Virus record (IMG/VR): IMGVR_UViG_3300001765_000297
DNA from: a virus
Lineage: Duplodnaviria; Heunggongvirae; Uroviricota; Caudoviricetes
Length of the DNA: 27,901 nucleotides
Direction: 5' to 3' (one strand)
This document shows positions 15,971 through 23,333 of the stretch, piece after piece. The notes under the pieces were generated by a model. The model was not told the DNA's origin, searched no databases, and saw nothing but the letters and a program-made list of their open reading frames with translations. Within the stretch, counting starts at the first letter, position 1, and each line of letters starts with the position of its first letter. Position numbers and translations under genes: made by a program.

Positions 15971-16411
15971 ATGAAAACAAATAAATTAATCGTCTGGATA
16001 TTAATACTTTCGTTAATATTTATTAGTGGTTCTGCAAATCCTCAAATTCTTGTTGACAAATTTTTCAATTTGAAACTCTATTCATCGAATGTTAATACAA
16101 CCGTTTTAAAAAGTGGAAAATCTGAAACTAAAAATTACGATTCATATTTTTTTGTAACCAAGTCTGGGATTTATGATAGTGACGAAATTGGATTATATTT
16201 TTTAAAATTTGTCGAATACCCAACGTTTAAATATACCTATGCCGCAACAGGTGAAGTGCAATTTGAAACAGTTGTTGCGAATACAATTGATGAATCAAAT
16301 GGTAAAGAATGCTTATTTACACTAAATAAACATATTAATGCCGAAACATATATTATTACTCTTAGATACGAAACACACCTCCTTAAATTTGAATGCAAAT
16401 CGCTAGAATAA
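15971..16411 (+). CDS. Putative exported protein
   Basis: Signal-peptide-like MKTNKLIVWILILSLIFISGSA; TATTTATA at 15947-15954. Confidence 0.75.
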   Translation: MKTNKLIVWILILSLIFISGSANPQILVDKFFNLKLYSSNVNTTVLKSGKSETKNYDSYFFVTKSGIYDSDEIGLYFLKFVEYPTFKYTYAATGEVQFETVVANTIDESNGKECLFTLNKHINAETYIITLRYETHLLKFECKSLE

Positions 16412-16485
16412 TTGGGAAAATTTCTAATTATTTACTAATTTTTCTAATTTTTACTAGATTATATAAGGGTTTCAGAATATCGGAC

Positions 16486-16722
16486 TTACTCTGCAAAAAA
16501 TTCTACGAGATATTCTTCTCGGTCAATAGATTTAGTTACTGTGAAACTAATATCCATTCCCCAAATAACTCTGTATTTAACCAGAATCCAAATCATGCTC
16601 CAATGCCATTTGAAGTAATGTCTTTGATTTTCGGTGTGGCGTACCCAATAACCGAGTATTAATTTTCTTTCTATTTTCTTACCACCTATGTAAAATGGGG
16701 TTTCTGAAATTTCTATATTCAT
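16486..16722 (-). CDS. Hypothetical protein
   Basis: 78 aa; last gene of a tightly packed minus-strand block. Confidence 0.6.
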   Translation of the reverse strand: MNIEISETPFYIGGKKIERKLILGYWVRHTENQRHYFKWHWSMIWILVKYRVIWGMDISFTVTKSIDREEYLVEFFAE

Positions 16723-16726
16723 AATT

Positions 16727-17305
16727 TTAAAGTGTATCGAACTCCGGTATCCACCTTTTGGGAAGTCTTTTGAATTTCAATGATATTGATTTATTTTTTG
16801 TTTCTCCATCATGCAACCAGTCACTATATGTACGAATTTCAATTTTTCTTTCATTCATTCTTTTTCCACGAGAACTTGGTTCAAAAATACCAATATCTTT
16901 TTTCCAGAATTTCCAAATATCTCTATGAAATCCATTATGCCATAAAGATAAGTTGTAAAAATAATGCGTATAATTCTTCTGCAGATATTCTTCTACTTCT
17001 TTAATATATCCCTTGAGAACAAAATTTCCCTTATATTTTGAATAAACGAAACATAGAGTATAAGCACCACCAGACCAACCACGTTTTCCACTGGCAGGAA
17101 CTTCGATTACTTCGTATTTCTTATTATTAACTGCACGCAATTTTTTCTCGTAGATTTTCTCAGCTTCCTGACGATAATATTCATTATCAGTAATACCTCG
17201 CTTTTCGTCAGCAGTGAGTTCCCTTGTAAACCTCATGGAAGTTTTATTTAAAAATACTTTCCAAGCAAGTTCATCAATTATTTCTAATTTTTTTAACACT
17301 TCCAT
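16727..17305 (-). CDS. Hypothetical protein
   Basis: 192-aa ORF packed 1-4 nt from its neighbours. Confidence 0.8.
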   Translation of the reverse strand: MEVLKKLEIIDELAWKVFLNKTSMRFTRELTADEKRGITDNEYYRQEAEKIYEKKLRAVNNKKYEVIEVPASGKRGWSGGAYTLCFVYSKYKGNFVLKGYIKEVEEYLQKNYTHYFYNLSLWHNGFHRDIWKFWKKDIGIFEPSSRGKRMNERKIEIRTYSDWLHDGETKNKSISLKFKRLPKRWIPEFDTL

Positions 17306-17306
17306 A

Positions 17307-17504
17307 TTATTCTTTTTCTACGTGATTAAATTCGATTTTACAGACCAATACGTCTGGAAACTCATACATGCCACAAGTTACACAGGCATCATCCAGAGTA
17401 TCATATAAATTTATTTTACCGTTTTTGTCTTTCATGAAATCAGTAAACAGAATGTCTGTAATTATGATGTATTTTCCAACTACGTCCTTGTTTTCCATAA
17501 ACAT
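17307..17504 (-). CDS. Hypothetical protein
   Basis: 65 aa; first CDS downstream of the ncRNA unit. Confidence 0.7.
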   Translation of the reverse strand: MFMENKDVVGKYIIITDILFTDFMKDKNGKINLYDTLDDACVTCGMYEFPDVLVCKIEFNHVEKE

Positions 17505-17526
17505 ATTTTAATTTAAAAAGTTTGGG

Positions 17527-17586
17527 AAGACATGAAAGTATATCGGTCAGTTAAGCTTTTTATATAAGACCAGACTTTCATGTCTT
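17527..17586. repeat. Perfect 13-bp inverted repeat (long hairpin)
   Basis: AAGACATGAAAGT (17527-17539) / ACTTTCATGTCTT (17574-17586), with inner GGTC/GACC. Confidence 0.8.
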
Positions 17587-17651
17587 TGGGTAAATTAAGC
17601 GTTTAGTTATGATACCACTTATCTGCCTTGCGACAAAACCCAAACAGTTTG

Positions 17652-17723
17652 TTGCGATAACTGGATTCGAACCAGTGACTATCGAGTTCCCCCCGACCCT
17701 CTAACCAACTGAGGTACATCGCT
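17652..17723 (-). tRNA. tRNA-like element 1 (initiator-Met-like scaffold, anticodon loop collapsed to GGGAA)
   Basis: A1:A72 mismatch, GCGATG/TATCGC acceptor, CCTC-AGTTGGTTA-GAGG D arm, TCGGG/CTCGA stem with a 5-nt loop, ACTGG-TTCGAAT-CCAGT T arm. Confidence 0.75.
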
Positions 17724-17815
17724 AACACCAATGGTTATTTTGTCAAACCTGCAGATTTACACAAACCACTTCATTGATGCTATTACCCACCTTCCAATGA
17801 GTAATGTTTTAATCG

Positions 17816-17887
17816 TACCGATAACTGGATTCGAACCAGTGACTCTCCCCACGTTCGAGGCTACTCTAACCACTGAGTTATATCGGA
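17816..17887 (-). tRNA. tRNA-like element 2 (degenerate anticodon arm)
   Basis: CCGATA/TATCGG acceptor with U1:U72, ACTC-AGTGGTTA-GAGT D arm; 26 nt spanning the T arm are identical to element 1; anticodon arm only CCTC/GGGG around GAACGT. Confidence 0.75.
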
Positions 17888-18155
17888 AACACCTGCTTTT
17901 ATTCTAGCTTATTACAAGTGTATCGCCCACCTTCCGATGGGTTATGGGATAAACGATAATGTGAACACTCCAAGTGCGTGTAATAGTTGTCAACGGAATG
18001 ATTCTCTTTACATGAGCAATGACCGCCCGACTTCTATCTTTTGACAAATACGCCCCCTTGGTGAAGACTGGTAACATTTCAGTGACTCTCTGATGCGGGT
18101 TTTTGCCCGATTTGTTTTCGTTACTATTTGCTTGAAAAGCACATTATCATTTAAA

Positions 18156-18168
18156 TTTTCAAAGAACA
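18156..18168 (-). promoter_or_regulatory. boxA-like antitermination site TGTTCTTTGAAAA
   Basis: Resembles rrn-leader boxA; second copy at 18363-18373. Confidence 0.45.
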
Positions 18169-18261
18169 TTAATAAGTTAAACCCCTGTGCCATAACTGCG
18201 TGTAACCTCTACAGCAAAGTCGAGTATCGCTACTCTAAGAACTACGACACACAGGGTTTTG

Positions 18262-18357
18262 TGGCGGTGACTGGAATTGAACCAGCGTGATGTCTTGACG
18301 TACATCGGTTTGACCCTTCTCATACAAGTTGTCTTGCCATCATCGACATACACCACC
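18262..18357 (-). tRNA. tRNA-like element 3 (long extra arm, broken anticodon stem; possibly Leu-derived)
   Basis: GGTGGTG/CACCGCC acceptor, A73, TGTC/GACA D stem, GCTGG-TTCAATT-CCAGT T arm, GATGT/ACATC extra hairpin; AT-GAG-AA loop without a proper 5-bp stem. Confidence 0.65.
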
Positions 18358-18362
18358 AAATA

Positions 18363-18373
18363 TTTTAAAGAAC
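18363..18373 (-). promoter_or_regulatory. boxA-like site GTTCTTTAAAA
   Basis: Between the promoter motif and tRNA-like element 3. Confidence 0.45.
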
Positions 18374-18381
18374 GATGTGCA

Positions 18382-18412
18382 ATTATACGAAGAACTTTTG
18401 GAAATGTTACAA
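18382..18412 (-). promoter_or_regulatory. Phage promoter motif TTGTAAC-N16-CGTATAAT driving the ncRNA unit
   Basis: Exact motif on the minus strand, ~25 nt upstream of element 3. Confidence 0.7.
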
Positions 18413-18428
18413 AATAATCAAACTATTT

Positions 18429-18521
18429 TTAAATTCTTAATAATAAATTTGCAATCCCCAATAAAATTAATGCAAGCACATAACTCACCCACCATTTAAT
18501 TCCCCAAAAACCGTATTTCAT
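18429..18521 (-). CDS. Small hydrophobic peptide (30 aa)
   Basis: MKYGFWGIKWWVSYVLALILLGIANLLLRI*; starts 3 nt after the upstream stop. Confidence 0.4.
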   Translation of the reverse strand: MKYGFWGIKWWVSYVLALILLGIANLLLRI

Positions 18522-18524
18522 AAT

Positions 18525-18704
18525 TTACATATTAATGTTCCCAACGTTATTTTCGATGTTAAGAACATTTGGTTTAATGTGTTCCCTTTGTAGTTTCTTA
18601 TTATCTTTATACATCGTGACTAATAAATTAATTAACTGCTCTTTAGTGAGTAGTTCGTAAATCTCACGTAATTCCATTTCACTGATTTCAAAGTTGTTAT
18701 CCAT
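18525..18704 (-). CDS. Small hypothetical protein (59 aa, not in track)
   Basis: MDNNFEISEMELREIYELLTKEQLINLLVTMYKDNKKLQREHIKPNVLNIENNVGNINM*. Confidence 0.55.
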   Translation of the reverse strand: MDNNFEISEMELREIYELLTKEQLINLLVTMYKDNKKLQREHIKPNVLNIENNVGNINM

Positions 18705-18983
18705 ATTTAATGTTTTAATAATACAAATATAAAATAACTTATTCGATTTTCAAAACATTATTAATTTTTAAATTTAACAATATATCACCAGCATTCATTG
18801 GTGATTGTAGTAATTAGCTAATTATCACCTAATTAAAATCTAATTTATTTTCATCAATGGTGCTATGGGTTTCAGAGTTTTTTTGAAAAAAGTGTATTAA
18901 GTTTAAGTTAAAACCATATTTTTTGGCGTTTATTTTATTATTTATATATAAATAAATAATAATAAAATTTAAAACCTAAAACT

Positions 18984-19322
18984 ATGTTAGCACAAGAATT
19001 ATTCATGGAATTGTGTACTGATAACATTGATTTCAACGGTGATGTTGAATTAATGGAAGACGGTACAATTGTTTGGTCATATAAATATGAACCAGAAGTA
19101 ATCGAATTAGAAGAAGGTGAAGAAAAAGTAGAAGAAACTGAGGAAGAAGAGTTTGTTGGTGAAGCATTAGATTTGTTTGAAGATGACGTTGATTTTATTT
19201 TTAACCTTCTTGACGAATTTGATGAAGATTTTGATGATTTCGATGAAGAAGTCGAATTTTCATTTGATGGCGAAACACTAAGAATCGAATTATATTTATA
19301 CGAAGACCAAAGCGAAGAATAG
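18984..19322 (+). CDS. Extremely acidic small protein
   Basis: 45 D/E versus 3 K/R in 112 aa (manual count); TATTTATA at 18939-18946. Confidence 0.85.
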   Translation: MLAQELFMELCTDNIDFNGDVELMEDGTIVWSYKYEPEVIELEEGEEKVEETEEEEFVGEALDLFEDDVDFIFNLLDEFDEDFDDFDEEVEFSFDGETLRIELYLYEDQSEE

Positions 19323-19352
19323 TCTTAACGTTTTATTTTAATACTGAAATTT

Positions 19353-19397
19353 GTTAAGGCAATACCATTATTTATTAATTAACGGTATTACCTTAAC
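19353..19397. repeat. Imperfect inverted repeat / hairpin
   Basis: GTTAAGGCAATACC (19353-19366) / GGTATTACCTTAAC (19384-19397), one mismatch. Confidence 0.65.
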
Positions 19398-19478
19398 ACT
19401 AACGTTATAACTACTATCCACGTTAAAGAACATCATACCTGTATTAAGATTCAGGTGTATGTAAAAAAACCAGTGCCT

Positions 19479-19760
19479 ATGACTGAAATTAGAGCCAAAG
19501 ATATTAAGGATACATTTATTTTATTTTTTGCGCAAATCTTATCATTCGCAATCATAACAATAAACTATCGTGCAGTAGCACAAGCAAGTTACACTTGGTC
19601 AATTCTCACCGATTTTATCGTTGCAGGTCTATCATATTTTGTTGTTAGAAAAATTGCAAAATCTAATGATAGTACATATCAATGGCTCGGTTTTACAATA
19701 GGTAGTGCAATTGGAACTGCAATTGGAATTTATTTATCCGTACTAATCTTAGGTTCTTAA
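19479..19760 (+). CDS. Small multi-pass membrane protein
   Basis: Three to four hydrophobic helices; ATG 19479 preferred over the GTG track start. Confidence 0.7.
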   Translation: MTEIRAKDIKDTFILFFAQILSFAIITINYRAVAQASYTWSILTDFIVAGLSYFVVRKIAKSNDSTYQWLGFTIGSAIGTAIGIYLSVLILGS

Positions 19761-20185
19761 AGCGTGTAATCTGCAATCGTATGAATAGCAGAACCTAACT
19801 CTAACCCAATTAATATCAACATTATCGTATGTGGAGTGAAGTAGTGAATAATAACTCCAGAACTACCTTTCATAGCCAATATTGTGAAGGGAATCACGCC
19901 TAAATATAAAATTCTTATAATAGTACCAATCACAAGTCCATGTGTGAAAATGCTTCTATGATGAAAGATATTCTGATATGGAATCCAAATGAACTTAAAT
20001 ATAAACCATCTGTTATACGGACGACTCTCAACATCTAAATCACCATTAAACATTAATGATGAAAATAAAAATAAACCCACAATTATTGATGTGGTTTCCC
20101 AGTCATAGGTAAAATGGTAGGTTGTCCAAGTAACTACAGGTGTTGCAACTGCCGTGATAATGTCGTGAGTATTTGCGTTTGGCAT
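19757..20185 (-). CDS. DUF2227-family putative metal-binding membrane protein
   Basis: MPNANTHD..T, NGDLD..S, IWIPY..IF.HRS..THG..IGTIIRILYL. Confidence 0.8.
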   Translation of the reverse strand: MPNANTHDIITAVATPVVTWTTYHFTYDWETTSIIVGLFLFSSLMFNGDLDVESRPYNRWFIFKFIWIPYQNIFHHRSIFTHGLVIGTIIRILYLGVIPFTILAMKGSSGVIIHYFTPHTIMLILIGLELGSAIHTIADYTL

Positions 20186-20209
20186 TTCTTTATATTTTAA
20201 ATTTGTAAT

Positions 20210-20240
20210 ATTATACGAAGAATTAGATAAAATGTTACAA
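20210..20240 (-). promoter_or_regulatory. Phage promoter motif TTGTAAC-N16-CGTATAAT
   Basis: Exact motif, 24 nt upstream of ATG 20185. Confidence 0.7.
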
Positions 20241-20263
20241 ATTTTTAAATATTTAAATTATCC

Positions 20264-20294
20264 TTTGATATTTTAATTAAATTTTCTACATTTG
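20264..20294 (+). promoter_or_regulatory. Bacteroidota-type promoter TTTG-N19-TACATTTG
   Basis: Matches the -33/-7 consensus; ATG at 20312; divergent from the promoter at 20210-20240. Confidence 0.65.
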
Positions 20295-20311
20295 TATTAT
20301 ATAATAAAATT

Positions 20312-20599
20312 ATGACGGTACAAGAACTATATGACCACCTATTAAAAAACATGACTGCTGAACAAGCACTTATGAAACTACTTGAGGCTCAAGTAAGAAG
20401 TTATGATAAATTAAAATTTGAAGAAGGCGAAGCAATTCATCCCACAATATTAGTTGTTATGGCAGCTATGGAAATGGGTTGGAACATTTCAATTCCGCAT
20501 AAAGAAGATGACGAACTAACCGGAATGTCAATTGGAACTGATGAATATCTTAATGAATTATTTAAAGATAAAAAACATGGAAGAAAGAAAAGTAGTTAG
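20312..20599 (+). CDS. Hypothetical protein
   Basis: 95-aa ORF after the promoter. Confidence 0.8.
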   Translation: MTVQELYDHLLKNMTAEQALMKLLEAQVRSYDKLKFEEGEAIHPTILVVMAAMEMGWNISIPHKEDDELTGMSIGTDEYLNELFKDKKHGRKKSS

Positions 20600-21002
20600 A
20601 AACATTAAGGTAGACTATAAATGCCCTAAATGTGAAATCGGTTATCTAAGACCAACGGGAAATGTACTTACTACCTATCCACCACAATTTCCACATAAAT
20701 GTAATAATCTCCAATGTGATTATGGTCAAACATTTAGCGATAAAACTTACCCATATATTGACCACGAAGAAATTCCGGTTGAAAATGTTATCAACCCATT
20801 AACAACTGACCAACAATATGAAAAAATGGCTCAAGAACTAAACTACACGAATCTCTGTGCTAGAGCAACATTATTTCCGGGTAAAAGTATTGATGAAATT
20901 CCCGTTTATACAGGAACTGATATGAAACAAAGATTTATTGATATGCAACAAAAGATAGTTGATATTGATAATAGCGACCCAATGATTGATATAAAATCTT
21001 AA
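20577..21002 (+). CDS. Zn-ribbon hypothetical protein
   Basis: CPKC...HKCNNLQC; ATG 20577. Confidence 0.75.
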   Translation: MEERKVVRNIKVDYKCPKCEIGYLRPTGNVLTTYPPQFPHKCNNLQCDYGQTFSDKTYPYIDHEEIPVENVINPLTTDQQYEKMAQELNYTNLCARATLFPGKSIDEIPVYTGTDMKQRFIDMQQKIVDIDNSDPMIDIKS

Positions 21003-21003
21003 T

Positions 21004-21195
21004 TTATTTAAAGGGTATGTAAGAACTGTCAGGGTTTAAACCACTCTCAGATATAAATTCTAATATTGATTCATTAATATCATTTCTTAATTGCAAGGAA
21101 TCGTTATCAACAAAAGTATTGTTATTACAATTAACATTATTAGTTGAACCAATTAAAATTAACGCAAAAAGTATTGCCAGTATTAAATTTTTCAT
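21004..21195 (-). CDS. Small exported hypothetical protein
   Basis: Signal-like MKNLILAILFALILIGS. Confidence 0.6.
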   Translation of the reverse strand: MKNLILAILFALILIGSTNNVNCNNNTFVDNDSLQLRNDINESILEFISESGLNPDSSYIPFK

Positions 21196-21284
21196 TATAT
21201 TTGCTTTTGTATATAATTACGACAAAGTATTGGTATTTATGTTAAAAGAACATTAAATAATAGTTAACATTAAAAACTAGCAAT

Positions 21285-21647
21285 ATGAAAACAATTTTAA
21301 TTATATTCATGATATTTTGCTTTACAAATATCAACGCCCAAATTAATGAAAAATATTCATACTACGGCAATCATCAAAAAAAAGAACTTAATACATTTAA
21401 AGGCGATAAATTACACGGCATTAGTATTGCTTGGGATAGCACTGGTAATAAAATTGCTGAAGTATCTTTTAAAGATGGTCTTAAAGATGGTAAATGGAAA
21501 ATCTGGTATGAAAATAAACAATTGGCATACGAATTTCATTATAAACGAGGTGAGAAAACCGGAAAATGGAAATCCTATGACAGAGAAGGTAATCTTATTA
21601 ATATAAAAGACTATGAAAACCAAACCCTTCATAAATCCGATAATTGA
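21285..21647 (+). CDS. Exported MORN-variant-repeat protein (YwqK-like)
   Basis: Signal peptide, then repeats FKGDKLHGISIAW / FKDGLKDGKWKIWYEN / YKRGEKTGKWKSYD. Confidence 0.8.
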   Translation: MKTILIIFMIFCFTNINAQINEKYSYYGNHQKKELNTFKGDKLHGISIAWDSTGNKIAEVSFKDGLKDGKWKIWYENKQLAYEFHYKRGEKTGKWKSYDREGNLINIKDYENQTLHKSDN

Positions 21648-21753
21648 AAAATTGATGGATGGGAGTGAAGAAGATAAAAAGAAACTCGACAAAATTCTTA
21701 GTGGCGAAACATTCTATGTCATGGGAAGAAAATATAGAGTGGTAAATCTATGA
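21613..21753 (+). CDS. Small hypothetical protein (46 aa, not in track)
   Basis: MKTKPFINPIIEKLMDGSEEDKKKLDKILSGETFYVMGRKYRVVNL*; ATGA overlap with the next ORF. Confidence 0.45.
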   Translation: MKTKPFINPIIEKLMDGSEEDKKKLDKILSGETFYVMGRKYRVVNL

Positions 21754-21878
21754 AAATAACCAATCTTAGAAAAACAGTTTTATATTTGCAGGAAACCCTC
21801 AGAGAAGAAAAATACGCTGATGATAAAGAATTATTGGAAGTATTAGATATACTAGTGGTTAAACTTAGAAAAGAATGA
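21750..21878 (+). CDS. Small hypothetical protein (42 aa, not in track)
   Basis: MKITNLRKTVLYLQETLREEKYADDKELLEVLDILVVKLRKE*; ATGA overlaps on both sides. Confidence 0.55.
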   Translation: MKITNLRKTVLYLQETLREEKYADDKELLEVLDILVVKLRKE

Positions 21879-22066
21879 TTTGCAATAAACACGATAAAAT
21901 GATAGTAATGCATGCCTTTAGTACTGGCAATTGTATAATATGTAATGAAATAATCACCACACCACATATACCTTGCAATAAAGTATGCCCTATCTGTAGC
22001 GAAAAACATAGTCTATGTGAAATTTGTGGCGATAAAATAATAGATAAAAAAGATGAAAAGCAGTAG
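21875..22066 (+). CDS. Cys-rich putative Zn-binding protein
   Basis: CxxH, CxxC, C, CxxC, CxxC in 63 aa. Confidence 0.7.
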   Translation: MICNKHDKMIVMHAFSTGNCIICNEIITTPHIPCNKVCPICSEKHSLCEICGDKIIDKKDEKQ

Positions 22067-22289
22067 TAAAATAGCAACAACAGCATTAATCATACTTGTT
22101 TGGTTTGTTATCGTATATTATAATACAGACATAACCTATAACGGAGAAGAACTGTCAAGACCGGAATCCGGAATAATTGGCATTGCCTTTTGTAGTTTTT
22201 TAATTTTACTTGCAACTGGCATAGCCTATGTCCTATCAATTACAGTAAATAAAATCAGTAAGAAAAATGATACTATTTTTAAGAAATAA
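22053..22289 (+). CDS. Small two-helix membrane protein
   Basis: Two hydrophobic segments. Confidence 0.7.
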   Translation: MKSSSKIATTALIILVWFVIVYYNTDITYNGEELSRPESGIIGIAFCSFLILLATGIAYVLSITVNKISKKNDTIFKK

Positions 22290-22593
22290 TAAAAACCAGT
22301 CAATTGTTGACTTGGAAGTATGGGTAAAAACTGAAGACAATAATAGCTTTATCGAACTACAGTCTGTAGTTATAATCGAAACCTATTCAAAATTCCTGCT
22401 AAAAAATCTCGATAGAAAAACTGAAATAATTGAAGACTTTTCAATAATTGATGAATTACGTGGCTGGCTGTGGGAAAACTATTTTGGTGGCGAACATAAT
22501 GACCCAAAGAAATACCCAGAAGTTCTGCTTTTTCTCAGAACGTTATTAAAAAAAATTGCAGAAAAATATGACCTAATATACGTGGAGGATTAA
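22267..22593 (+). CDS. Hypothetical protein
   Basis: 108-aa ORF in a packed run. Confidence 0.7.
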   Translation: MILFLRNNKNQSIVDLEVWVKTEDNNSFIELQSVVIIETYSKFLLKNLDRKTEIIEDFSIIDELRGWLWENYFGGEHNDPKKYPEVLLFLRTLLKKIAEKYDLIYVED

Positions 22594-22594
22594 T

Positions 22595-22837
22595 ATGGAA
22601 AAACCGGAAATAAAAATAGAAGAATACCAAAGAAAAGCAGTATTTGCAGAACTTAAACAATTCTGCTATTTCGCTGGTGACCACGACTTTATCGAAGTCT
22701 GCCAGTGGGAAAATGGCGAGGGTTTCGATGTGGAAGTAAATGGTAAACATATCGAAAGATTCCAATTAACATCTGGGGAATTCCGTGCATTAAAAAAATT
22801 AGTTAAAAAAATGAATAATTATGAGCCAAAATCTTAA
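22595..22837 (+). CDS. Hypothetical protein
   Basis: 80-aa ORF. Confidence 0.75.
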   Translation: MEKPEIKIEEYQRKAVFAELKQFCYFAGDHDFIEVCQWENGEGFDVEVNGKHIERFQLTSGEFRALKKLVKKMNNYEPKS

Positions 22838-23015
22838 ATTACAATTAAAAACAATCGACACCCTAAGTGGTAATGTCGAATTTACTCACCACTTTCATTT
22901 CAATACAAATGAAAATATGGTTCTAGAACTATGCATCGGTGAAAATGTTTATCACCTGAGCCATGATGGTAAACTAATCGATGTTAAAGACATAAAACTT
23001 AATATTAAATCCTAG
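22821..23015 (+). CDS. Hypothetical protein (TAG stop)
   Basis: 64-aa ORF. Confidence 0.6.
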   Translation: MSQNLKLQLKTIDTLSGNVEFTHHFHFNTNENMVLELCIGENVYHLSHDGKLIDVKDIKLNIKS

Positions 23016-23019
23016 TATC

Positions 23020-23286
23020 GTGGATAATATATTAAACGATAATAGCGAAGCACAGGCATTGCTAAAAGTCTTATTGAAACTCATTAGAAAATCAGATAAA
23101 CTACATAAGGAAATCCTAAGCACAAGAGAAAAACTTATGGAAATCTGCATACATACAGATTTGTACGAAGATAGTGAAAATTATAGCGGAGACTATTATA
23201 ACGTAGCACAATACCATAAAATAATCAAATGCAATACCTGCGGTAAAGAACTTAAAAGAAATATTACCTACGGTGGTTTCGGATGA
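23020..23286 (+). CDS. Hypothetical protein (GTG start)
   Basis: 88 aa; CxH ... CNTC motif. Confidence 0.65.
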   Translation: MDNILNDNSEAQALLKVLLKLIRKSDKLHKEILSTREKLMEICIHTDLYEDSENYSGDYYNVAQYHKIIKCNTCGKELKRNITYGGFG

Positions 23287-23333
23287 TAATTTTTTTAAAC
23301 ACTATTAGAGTATTTATACATAAAATAGTATAG

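Noticed and set aside
16393-17408. Plus-strand ORFs 16393-16662, 16780-17004, 17214-17408
   Set aside because: Antisense shadows of a tightly packed minus-strand gene block.
17786-17939. SRP (4.5S) RNA suggested by GGAA tetraloops
   Set aside because: The conserved CAGG/AGCAG internal loop flanking the SRP helix-8 tetraloop is absent.
17650-17940. CRISPR array suggested by the 26-nt repeat
   Set aside because: Only two copies, 164 nt apart, and they are T arms of tRNA-like elements; no cas genes.
18262-18357. tmRNA (3' end resembles GGTTCAATTCC...CCAC)
   Set aside because: 5' and 3' acceptor strands are only 96 nt apart, there is no tag ORF, and the 3:70 pair is U:G rather than the G:U alanine determinant.
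18008-18359. Track ORFs 18008-18193 (-), 18093-18290 (+), 18177-18359 (-)
   Set aside because: They overlap structured RNA, lack typical start contexts and have atypical composition; likely open by chance in GC-richer DNA.
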